A stretch of DNA of 64,000 nt from Chrysomallon squamiferum. Lineage: Eukaryota; Animalia; Mollusca. The notes below the pieces were generated by a model. It did no database searches. It was given only the letters and a program-made list of their open reading frames with translations, and was not told where the DNA came from. The stretch is from contig CM022679.1 in assembly GCA_012295275.1 (NCBI GenBank), positions 29,636,001 through 29,700,000 on the forward strand. Reading direction: 5' to 3'. Below, piece after piece: positions 1-11,345 of the stretch. The position numbers and the translations under genes are program-made. How positions within the stretch are numbered: the stretch's first letter is position 1; every line of letters starts with the position of its first letter.

Positions 1-837
1 TTTTTATACTTGAAATTGGAATATTAAATTGTATTTTCTGCCTTATCCCATTTAAGCTATGATCTTTGCAAGATGACCAGTTTATAAAAAGGCTGCTGAT
101 AAAAGTTACTTTTAAAAAACAATACTTGCTTTATTAATACTCTTGAATATGCAGAAACACTCATATACACTCGATCAGGAAACTAAGAAATTCACAAAGA
201 AAACTGTTCAAAGATTTTATTTTATTTTATTTATATATGGAAAATTACTTTCATTGTTTTGTCTTTTATTACATGTTTTCTCTTTATCCTGTTCCATTTT
301 TGTTTGGGAACGATGTAAGATTCAAAAAGGCAAAAATACCCCCACATCAGGCTTACTGTCTTCTGTGAAAATTGTTTCATATATCCTCCTCTCATCAACA
401 TTCTGTTTATTAATTCCCTTGAAAAGAATTGTACATGTGTTACCTCCCTTTAGTTTCATATGATATTAATTATCTTGATAAACTGTTACAGATGTGTTAT
501 ATTATTGAAAATAATGACACATATATATTATTTTCATTTGTTTTATTTACTTTATCTTGGTAAATCAGTACAAATATGACATCACCCTTGAATTACATTC
601 AAGTTAATTATCTCCCTTTACAGAGTTGTAGTTAAACTCCTTTCATTGCCATTAAAATCATAATACTTGAACTGCCAGCCCCAAAACCATATAGCCATGT
701 AAATCTCATTGTGATTATGTCAAAACTGATTATTTAAAAAAAAAAAAAATAAAAAAAATTAAAAAAATATAATTTGAAAAGTATTAGATTTTTCTCACTT
801 ACACATTAAGTGGAATTGTTTTAAAAACTGTTTTCAG

Positions 838-3800
838 AAACTGGCAGAGAAGGAGGAGATTCTGCAGCACAGAGAAAACAAGCTAGTTCAGCTGAGCAAG
901 GAGAACAATGACCTGCTTGAAGCTAACAGCATTCTCAGAAAGTGAGTAGAATTCTTAGAATATGAGCAGTTAGCAGTGTGAGTGCATTAACAGAGGTGGA
1001 ATAGCATTCTCAGAAAGTGAGTAGAATTCTTAGAATATGAGCAGTTAACCGTGCGAGTAGAGGAGGAATACATTCTTAGAAAGTGAGTAGAATTCTTAGC
1101 ATGTGAGCAGTCAGCAGTGCGAGTGCATTAACAGAGGTGGAATAGCATTCTCAGAAAGTGAGTAGAATTCTTAGAATGTGAGCAGTCAGCAGTGCGAGTG
1201 CATTAACAGAGGTGGAATAGCATTCTTAGAAAGTGAGTAGAATTCTTAGAATGTGAGCAGTCAGGTGGAAATAGCATTCTTAGAAAGTGAGTAGAATTCT
1301 TAGAATATGAGCAGTTAACAGTGTGAGTGCATTAACAGAGGTGGAATAGCATTCTCAGTTAACCGAACGAGTGCATTAACAGAGGTGGAATAGCATTCTC
1401 AGAAAGTGAGTAGAATTCTTAGAATATGAGCAGTTAACAGTGTGAGTGCATTAACAGAGGTGGAATAGCATTCTCAGAAAGTGAGTAGTTGCTCTTTCAA
1501 AGTGACAGATTTTCCAAAGTGACTAATATATTTTATATAGATTATTAGGAGCATATACAAATACAGACATACACTAATATATGTACACCTATATGCATAT
1601 ACAAATATACACCTACATACATTTACATATAAACACATGATGTATAGGTATATGCAGACGCATACATAAACACATGCACATAACACACACTTATCTATCT
1701 TCACTTATATTTTATTTAATTTTGATAAATTTAAAAAAAAAAAAAAAAAATCAAATTTATTTTACATGGAGCTGATGATTGATTTGTCTTCCAGTCAGCT
1801 GCAGCAGCTTGAGGAGCTGAGGGAGACGGAGATGTCAGATCTGAACACACTCACTGATGAGTTCACCAAGAGACTGTCAGAAGCCGAACACAAGACTCTG
1901 ACAGTCATCAGGGTAATCACTTACACAGAACTCTGACAGTCATCACAATAATTAGTTATACACAAAAAATTCTGACAGTCATCAGGTTAATTAGTTACAC
2001 CAAACGTCTGACAGTCATCAGGTTAATTAGTTACATCAAAACTCTGACAGTCATTTGGGTAATTAGTTGCACCAGTCAGATAGGTCATTTTAAAATACAC
2101 ATCAGTAAGCTCACTTGCAAGTATTGTCAGTTTGAAGGGTTATTAAACAATTTAAAGTTGTGACAGTAATTAGTTTCACCTGACTACTACTCTATCAAGT
2201 AATCACTGTAATAACAATTGTTGATTTTATAATACTGAAGAAACTTTTGTTTGTAGGAAAAGAGAGCATCAAACAACAGTTAGAAACCACTCAGAAAGAA
2301 TTAAGTAAGAGGTATGTATACATGTATGTATTTTTTAATGTATGAAAACATATATATGTATATTGAATTGTAGGCAGAAAGGTGAATAGATATGTATGTA
2401 TGTATGTGTGTTTGTTTGTATATGTGTTTATGTATGTGTAGTGTGTGTGCATCTCTGTGTATATGATATATGTAAGCTTGCATGTTTGTATTTTTTACAC
2501 GTTTGTAAGTATGTCTGAAGTCATGTGTCAGGAGAGTATGTGTGTATATATGCATACACAAGTGATGTATGTGTGTACACACATCTGTTGCATCTGATTT
2601 ATTTCTGTAATTATTTGTAGACATTTTATAAGTTTTGTGTTGGCATTTAAATAAATGAATAATTTTAATGTGTTTTCTGTTTTTTCTTTGTTCTAGAAGT
2701 GCTGATGTGAATTTACAGGCCGTCTTAGCAGAGAAAGATGAAATTATTGCTGAGCTCCGACAGGAAGGTTTGTTTATTTGATGCACATTTATTATATTTA
2801 CACACAAAATATCCCTGTAGTAACACTGTGAAATCAGCTTTCTTTTAACCTGAATTTGAATACATTAAATTATTATCAGATCTTACTAACAGCACCAATA
2901 CAGAACCAGGTTTTGATTTTATATTTGAAGTATTACATGAAGATTAACTTTGTTAATGTTTTGTAATAATTTAATGTTTAGAAAATGTTAAAATGAGTGT
3001 TAAATCACAACTGTAATCAGAAGATGTTAAAATGAGTTTAAATAACAACTGTAATCAGAAGATGTTAAAATGAGTGTTAAATAACAACTGTAATCAGATG
3101 TTAAAATAGAGTGTTAAATCACAGATGTAATCAGAATATATTAAAATAGAGTGTCAAATCAGAGTTGTAATCAGAAGAAGTTAAAATGAGTGTTAAATCA
3201 CAGGTGTAAATGTTTGTGTTAAAATGAGAAGTTAAAACAACAACTGTAATCAGAAGATGTTAAAATGAGTGTTAAATCAGAGTTGTAATCAGAAAATGTT
3301 AAAATGAGTCCCTCATTTCAAGTGTAATCAGAATTCATGTTAAAATGAGTGTTAAATCTAGTATGTTACTGTTATCAGAAGATGTTAAAATGAGGTTAAA
3401 ATAACAACTGTAATTTGTATTATTTAAAATTGTGTTAAAGAACAACTGTAATCAGAAGATGTTAAAATGAGGTTAAACATTTAATCAAAGATATTAAAAT
3501 GAAGTGTTAAAAGAACAACTGTAATCAGAAGATGTTAAAATGATTTTAAATAAAAAAAATAAAAACAAGAAAAATAAAAAATAAAAATAAAAATGTAAAA
3601 AGAAAATGTTAAAATGAATATTAAAAAACTCCAATCAATAGATGTTAAAATGAGTGTTTTAAATCAGAGTTTAGTAATCAGAATATGTTAAAATGAGTTT
3701 TAAATCAACAACACACAATCACAAGATGTTAAAATAGAGTGTTTTTTAAAACTTTTTCAGATGTTAAAATGAAAGTTTAATTTACAGATTTAATTTTCAA

Positions 3801-6800
3801 GATGTTAAAATGAGTGTTAAATAACAACTGTAAACAGATGTTAAAATAAGTGGAAAATCAAAGATGTAATCAGAAGATGTTAAAATAAACATTAAATTAC
3901 AACTGTTCAGAAGTCTTTTTTTTTTTATTTTCTAATCAAATCAGGTGAAATAAATAAATTAATTAAATGTTTTTTGAAACAACAGTTGCAGGTTCACTTT
4001 ATAAAAGAATTGAAATTGGATTTAAAGAAAATGAGTCCCTCATTTCAACCCATGAATGTAGTATTCAGTTCATGCACACACATACAGCCCTGTATACAGT
4101 TTAGTATGTTATTTTATCTTCAAAATTAGAAACAGGTTGAAAATATTCAAGATTTTCAATTTGCATTATTTTTTTTTTGTGTATAAATAAGTTGGAGACT
4201 CTTACTAAAGAGGTTGAACATTTTTTTGAAAGTTTGTTAATTTTCAGGGAAGATTTGGAAAAGCCCATGAAAAAGGTATGGTGGTTTCACATAACTTTAA
4301 AAAAAAAAAAAAAAAAAAAAACTAAACATTTTAATTAAATCCTACAATTTGTACATATTATCTTGCATTTATAAAAAAAACATATAAATTGTTCAGATTT
4401 TGTATCAACAGACACACACACACACACACACACACAGGTTTTTTTTTTTAAAGTTTTTTTTCAGCTTTGTTTTTAAATGTAAAGTTTATTTTACATATTT
4501 AATTTTCAGAGGCAATAAATCAGCTAAATATGGCAATCCAGAAACAGATGAAAGAAGTGGAAACACTAAAGGTGAGAGAGATATTAATTATTTTAAAATA
4601 AATATTAGATTACTGTATGTTCAGGGGTCTTTTTATTTTTATTTTCTAATAAATCAGCTGAATAAATAAATAAATTAAATGTTTATTGAAATTTGTATGT
4701 TCTTTCTCTTTCCATTGAAAATGGATTTATAAATAATCCACACAAACACATGAATGTACACAAACACTCACACACACAGACAGACACACGGCAAAGTAGT
4801 ATGTTATTTAATGTCAAATATAGTCTTACCAACATATTCATATAATGCATATTAGGTATAAATATCTTATTGTGATTAACTTGTTTTTATGATGTATGTT
4901 AATTTTCAGGGTGAACTAGAAGAAGCCCATGAAAAAACTCGAAGTCTTCAAGTGACACTGGATGGCTCCTACAAGTAAAATCTACTAAACATTTTAATTA
5001 AATTATAAATTTTTACAGTTTTTCCTTCCATATAAAAAAAAAAAAAAAAAAAAAAATGTATTTGTTAACAATTATTGTGATTTTACTCAGGGTCTTTTTC
5101 AAAATGTAACAGTGATAGCTTTTTTTTTTTTTTTTTTTTTTCAATTTCATTCTTTCTTTCTTCTTCATCTTTCCTTCTTTCTTTAATGAAAAAAATGTTA
5201 ATTTCAGTCTGAAATTTCTGTAGCTCTGTCTGGAGCTTCTGTCACAAACCTAACTCTGTCTGGAACAGGTAGCTCTGTCTGGAACAGGTAGCTCTGTCTG
5301 GAGCAGGTAGCTCTGTCTGGAGCAGGTAACTGTCTGGAACAGGTAGCTGTGTCTGGAACAGGTAGCTCTGTCTGGAACAGGTAGCTCTGTCTGGAGGAAC
5401 TGGGAGATGACTCTGTCTGGAAAGAGGCAGAGATTGTCTGGAACAGGTAGCTCTGTCTGGAACAGGTAGGCTCTCATTGTGCAGAGAAGAACCTGTAATG
5501 TCTGGAACAGGTAGCTCTGTCTCAGGTAGCTCTGTCTGGAGCAGGTAACTCTGGAACAGGTAGCTGTGTCTGGAACAGGGAGGATCTGCTGAAACAGGAG
5601 ATTTCTGATCTTCAATTGTCTGGAGCTGGAACAGGGAGCTCTGTCTGGAAGTCAAGGGCATGGATTTTTTTTTTTAGTGGTTGATCGATAGTTTGGTTGT
5701 AGTAATTTTAATCTGTATTTGGTCTGAATTAGTCATTTATGTCCCTACTTCGTCTGAATTTGAAATGTTTGTTAAAGTATGGTTTCATTATTTATAGCAA
5801 CTTCAAGAAGATGAGGCAAGAAACCAGGAATTGGCTCAGGCAGTTTCTTCTGGTGAGAAGCCTTCGAACGTTTTAAGAAATATAAAGCATTAGAAACATT
5901 TTATATTTCTGATTTTTTGTAGTATTGACAGTTCTCAAATATATTTGCACTTAAATAAAATTTAATATGAGCAATATCTCAAGCTGATTTACTTAAAATA
6001 ACTGAAATTTAATATCCAGTTCTTTATTTTTCATTTAAAAACCCCATAATAACCAGTTAAAAAAAAAAAAAAAAAAAAATTAAATTAAATAAATAATAAA
6101 TAAATTAATAAATAAAATAGATTTTTATTTATTTAAAATGAAATTAAAAACAGTCACATTTAGCTGTGTTTTGTTTGTTCTAGCAACAAAACCACTGCTG
6201 AGACAGATAGAGAACCTGCAGTCCACATACTCTGCACAGTCTCAGTCGTGGGAGAAAGTGGAAAAAAGCTTAACAGAACGTCTCGGTAAGAGTGGAACCT
6301 TCCTGTTTTTATTTAGTTAAGTGTTGTTCATGTGTTTATAGATGTTAACTGAAGAACAGCTGATTGTAGTGTTTTTCATGATAATTTCCAAACCAGACTT
6401 TTGAAGGGATTATTTGTTGTATAATTATTCCAGTTTTTATTTTTCAGTAATTTCTGCTGAAGTGTTATTTGATGGTATTTATCTTGATGATTTCTAGAAC
6501 TATCACTGAAGTGTTGACCGTTTGTTGCAGGTGAGGTTCAGAACCAGCTGGCATTTTCTGTTGAGAAAGAGAGGACGGCGAATGAGAATGTGATGTCTCT
6601 GACGTCGAGAGTGACCGCGCTGGACTCTCAGTGCACTCGACTCAGGCAGGAGAAAGCTCAGCTGCAGGCCCAGGCAGAGATGGACAAGGCAAAGATAGAA
6701 CTGCTGGAGGACGCCAAACACAGGTGTGTTCATTATTTTACAAACGATTTTAACCCTTTGACAGTCCGAGGTAACTGATTTATCAGAGCATATGCTGCTT

Positions 6801-9800
6801 TCCTGGTATAAAAGATTGCTTTATGGTAATAATCAGATACTTATCTGCCTATTGCATTAGCAAGGAATTGTTATTGATTTTATTTAACATTATCTGTATG
6901 ATGCCACATTTGATTGATAAAAAATGTTGAATCATTAAATAAAACTATTCTTCATGTCTGTTGGCTCAACAAAACCTGGAATAACTGAAATTTTATTCAG
7001 AAAATAAAAGTAGTCTGTCTTCAAGACAACACTAATAATGAGACTCAGACTTCAAATTCTCAGTGCTAGTATTCACAGAGAATAGAATTCTAATCTTCAT
7101 TTAGACTTAAATGGCACCATGTAATGCAAAAAATATTTGATACATTTATAAAATTAATATCAAACATGGTTATTGGTTGTTGTTGTTTTTTATAGTGAAA
7201 TGGCCCAAGTAGAAGCAGTAAAAAATCAGATGACCAAAGAGATCACAGAACTTAAAAAACAGAAGGTAATTTTATTTTATTTCTTTAAGACTGGAAATAA
7301 CAATTATTGTATTCATTCTACTATCTAAATCTACCACAGTGTTGTAATTCAGGTTTCTAGAAAATAATAATTACACAGATTTATTTAAAGGTGTATACAA
7401 ATAATAACTGAACGTTTATATTAGTTGTAACATGATTTTGTTTAGGTATTTCTGGAAATTAATAATGGCACCATTTTATTCAAGTTTTGATAAAAACAAA
7501 AATAATAATAATAGTGAATTATTATTCAGGTGTTTGTAAAACATTACAATTGTATGATTTTATTCAGATGTTTGTAAAACATTACAATTGTATGATTTTA
7601 TTCAGGTGTTTGTAAAACACTACAACTGTATGATTTTATTGAGGTGTTTGTAAAAAACACTACAACTGTATGATTTTATTCAAAAACATTACAATTGTAT
7701 GATTTTATTCAGGTGTTTGTAAAACATTACAATTGTATGATTTTATTCAGGTGTTTGTAAAACATTACAACTGTATGGTTTTATTCAGGTGTTTGTAAAA
7801 CATTACAATTGTATGATTTTATTCAGATGTTTGTAAAACATTACAACTGTATGGTTTTATTCAGATGTTTGTAAAACATTACAACTGTATGGTTTTATTC
7901 AGGTGTTTGTAAAACACTACAACTGTATGATTTTATTGAGGTGTTTGTAAAACACTACAACTGTATGATTTTATTGAGGTGTTTGTAAAACACTACAACT
8001 GTATGATTTTATTCAGGTGTTTTTGGAAACCCAGTTGGAGATGGAGAAGAGTAAACTGGAGTCAGAGAAAAGAAAGACAACTATTATTGAAGAACAGTTA
8101 CGTATGATGGTAAGTTCAGGTTTCTCATTCATTAAAAGTTACGTTTCATAGAAACTGTTTTCAGAGACTATCTGTGTCATTTCAAACCTTAAGTATAAAT
8201 ATATTTCTGTATATCTTTAAGTCATGTAGTGCCTGTTTCCTGTTAAAGTATTTTAAGAATATATGTATTTTAATATATTTGAATATTTCTGAGGCTATGG
8301 CTTAGCAGCCAGAATTCAGAATAATTCCTCTTCAGCTTGTCCTTTGGTCCATTTACTCTCTGGTCAGTGCATCATAACTGTTTTATCACATGCCACAGTA
8401 TATTTTTTTCTATGCATTGAAGTTAAAATATCCATTACTGATGATGAAAAAAGATTATAGACACAGCAGATTTTTCTCACTGGTCATTTGTTCTTCAAAC
8501 ATATCACACCACACTTGTCACAGAGCCTCTGTATGATCTTTAATCATGGATATAATCAATATGCTTAAAAAAAAAAAAAATAGGAATGAATATACTTATC
8601 TTATATTAAATAAATGTAAAATGTTTTTCTGATTATTTTGTTTTATGTTTTAGGAAAAAGAACGTCCTCAGTCACGTGGGACACCGTCTCCAGTTTCTGT
8701 GTCGAGACAAGAAAGTGTCAGCAGCTTTGCTGAGCAGCCATATTGGTTTACAACATTACCACAGGTAATTCAAACTGCTTTAAAACAAGTAGGTTGTAAT
8801 AATCTACAACATTACAACAGGTAATTCACACTGCTTTAAAACAAGTAGATCATAATAATCTACAACGTTACCACAGGTAATTCACACTGCTTTAAAACAA
8901 GTAGATCATAATAATCTACAACATTACCACAGGTAATTCACACTGCTTTAAAACAAGTAGGTTGTAATAATCTACAACATTACAACAGGTAATTCACACT
9001 GCTTAAAAACATCACTACAAGCACATTATAATAATCTACAACATTACAACAGGTAATTCTGGTCTGTTTAAAACAATTTAGAACATCATAATCTACGTTG
9101 TTAAATATGAATTCAAACTGAAGGAAAATAAGTAAATTGAATAATGTATTACCTATTTGCCATGTTTTCACAAGATGATAAATGACTATTTAATAATCTA
9201 CAACAACATTACAACATGTTGTAATCCTGGTTGTATTGATATTGATTTACAATGTTAATATGTTATCAAATTTGTTAAATATGATCAAACTATTTAAGGA
9301 AGACATGTTGGAATAGGTTGTATGAATATATATGATAAATTGTTAATATGTTATAAATTTGCTTGTAAGATGATAAATGACTATTTATTAATTAGTATAT
9401 GTTGGAATGAGGTTGTACATATATAGGATAAATGTTAATGCATTATAAATGTGCTTGTAATTAGTGAAATAGGGGAAACTGATATCTTGTGTTTAAGTAG
9501 GAGTAATTATTGGATGTTGAACTTGTTTATTTAGGAGGAGATGTTGGAGCGAGGTCTGGTGCTGGGGTCACCGAATGGCAGCAAGGTCAACTTGTATGAA
9601 AGTCTGAGACAGAGTGGAGCGGCAACCATCTTGGAAAATCTGCAGTCTCAGCTGAAACAGAGAGAGGGTGAAATCGTCCAGCTTCAGGTAAAAGCTAAAA
9701 CTAATTTTTATTACTTCTTAACCCTAGAAGTGTGCCTTAATACTCTGTGTCTTTTGTTTGCATCATTTTTCAGGAATTTTGATGAATGTTTATGAAAACC

Positions 9801-10423
9801 CATGTTTCAGTGACTTTTTCCACTGAGTTAATCAGTGAAATCATAACGTTTACATTTGACAGAATTTTATATCTGAAGATGTTGATTCCAGATTTTCATT
9901 TTAATTGTGATGGGAAAAATATATGTGATATGTGTAATTTTATTTTTTTTATTTCATTATTTATTTCATTATTTATTTCATTATTTTTATTTTATTTTAT
10001 TTTTCTTCTTCTTCTTATTATTATTATTGTTTTATCACATCAGGTACATTTCATGTACTGTTTTGAACAGCATGGTCAGTGTTTTGTTTCAGAGTGATAT
10101 TGCTAACCTGGAACGCACACGCGAGTCTATGGCCAGGGAACTGGTCAGTCTGACCAATCAGAATGATGAACTCAAAGAACAGATACAGGAAGTTCCTGCT
10201 TTACAAGCCAAACTACAGGTGAAAAACAAAAAATAACAATACAATTTTTTTTAGAATACTTTGATAAAATATGTGTTATTATTACCTTTAAAAACAGTGC
10301 CACTTGAAAAAAGGACGATATAAACTTGCTGAAATAAATTTAATATTAATTTTGTTTTAAAAGACACATACAAACACAACACACACAGATACACACAAAC
10401 ACCACATACCTAGACACACTCAC

Positions 10424-10466
<43 letters not shown>

Positions 10467-10498
10467 CACACACACACACCACACACACACACACACAA

Positions 10499-10539
<41 letters not shown>

Positions 10540-11167
10540 CAGACACACACACACCCAGACTTCACTGTGAGAGTTTAAAAAAATAACAGATGAGTGTTTG
10601 TTTGTTTCAGGATGTCAATCAGCGCTACCACGCATTGTTACAGATGTACGGAGAGAAGGTTGAACAGACAGAGGAGCTGAAACTCGATCTCGCTGACATC
10701 AAAGAAATGTACAAAGCTCAGGTAAATCTTCTTCTCATCTAAACACAGAATTAACACATTGTTTTATTAATGAAAACTCTAGCATAAAATTAAAAATAGA
10801 AATCACTGAATAGTGTGGGTTTTTTTCATATTTGTAGATAACTTGATGTAAGGATACATACGCCTCAATTAATATACCTGTATTTGTATATAAATCAACA
10901 ATTAACAAATGCATACACACACACATACACACACACACAGTATACACGTGTGTACACATACATACATACATAAACATAATATACGTAACTACATACACAC
11001 AGACATACATAGATATATATATAGAAATAAAACAAAAATAACACTTAGTTGCATAGAAAACTAACACATTATTATAGTTATCATTATTATTAATATCATC
11101 ATCATCATCATCATTATTAATGTATTAAAAATGTCTCTTTCAGATTGATCAGCTGTTGGCAAAATGA
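838..11167 (+). CDS. TMF1: TATA element modulatory factor 1 (golgin TMF/ARA160), 3' portion; 5' exons lie upstream of the window
   Basis: GT-AG exons: 838-941, 1795-1912, 2257-2311 (one A short), 2697-2767, [scrambled ~3945-4280], 4510-4571, 4910-4974, [scrambled ~5200-5620], 5798-5852, 6184-6285, 6531-6723, 7196-7265, 8017-8109, 8654-8764, 9535-9687, 10093-10218, 10611-10721, 11144-11167 (TGA). Coiled-coil peptides TKPLLRQIENLQ, ILENLQSQLKQREGEI, LLQMYGEKVEQTEELKLDLADIKEMYKAQIDQLL resemble the TMF1 C-terminus as I recall it. Confidence 0.93.
928..1488 (+). repeat. 75-bp tandem array copying a TMF1 exon end and 5' splice site
   Basis: Unit agcattctcagaaa|gtgagtagaattcttagaatatgagcagttagcagtgtgagtgcattaacagaggtggaat; GTGAGT donors at 942 (real), 1017, 1083, 1158, 1233, 1287, 1406, 1481; some units carry internal deletions. 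Confidence 0.95.
1895..2070 (+). repeat. ~36-38-bp tandem array copying a TMF1 exon end and donor
   Basis: About 5 copies of (ac)tctgacagtcatcagg|gtaat...ttacac at ~1895, 1930, 1970, 2007, 2041; the first overlaps the exon ending at 1912. Confidence 0.9.
2980..3910 (+). repeat. ~39-bp intronic minisatellite, degenerating 3'-ward
   Basis: Unit gatgttaaaatgagtgttaaataacaactgtaatcagaa, roughly 20+ copies; runs up to a probable acceptor aatcag|gtgaaa at 3944/3945. Confidence 0.92.
5215..5652 (+). repeat. ~20-bp minisatellite interleaved with TMF1 coding fragments
   Basis: Unit ggaacag|gtagctctgtct(g); an embedded fragment at ~5580-5618 translates EDLLKQEISDLQL, the TMF1 segment expected at this position. 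Confidence 0.9.
7519..8022 (+). repeat. 38-bp tandem array copying a TMF1 3' splice site and exon start
   Basis: Unit ttttattcag|gtgtttgtaaaacattacaactgtatga, ~13 copies at 38-bp spacing (7530, 7568, 7606 ... 7979, 8017); the last junction is the real acceptor of exon 8017-8109. Decayed copies extend back to ~7345. Confidence 0.95.
8749..9062 (+). repeat. 56-bp tandem array copying a TMF1 exon end and donor
   Basis: Unit tacaacattaccacag|gtaattcacactgctttaaaacaagtag...taataatc; donors at 8765 (real), 8821, 8877, 8933, 8989, 9053. Confidence 0.95.
10364..10553. repeat. Compound (CA)n microsatellite
   Basis: Long interrupted CA run in a TMF1 intron. Confidence 0.95.
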
Positions 11168-11312
11168 GGTTTCATCCAAAAAGACATCCTAAATTATTTT
11201 TTTCTTCATCATCAACCACGACGACATCAGCACAGTTGATGTAAATGTTACAGCTTCATGTTATCATATTTAAAACTCTTTTAACTAAACTTACACAATT
11301 GTGTTGAACAAT

Positions 11313-11345
<33 letters not shown>

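Noticed and set aside
5242-5661. Minus-strand ORFs of 139 and 121 aa with QTELPVPDRATCSRQSYL repeats
   Set aside because: Translations of the 20-bp minisatellite, antisense to TMF1.
928-9062. Tandem arrays as CRISPR-like repeat-spacer loci
   Set aside because: Whole units repeat with no unique spacers, there are no cas genes, and the context is eukaryotic introns.
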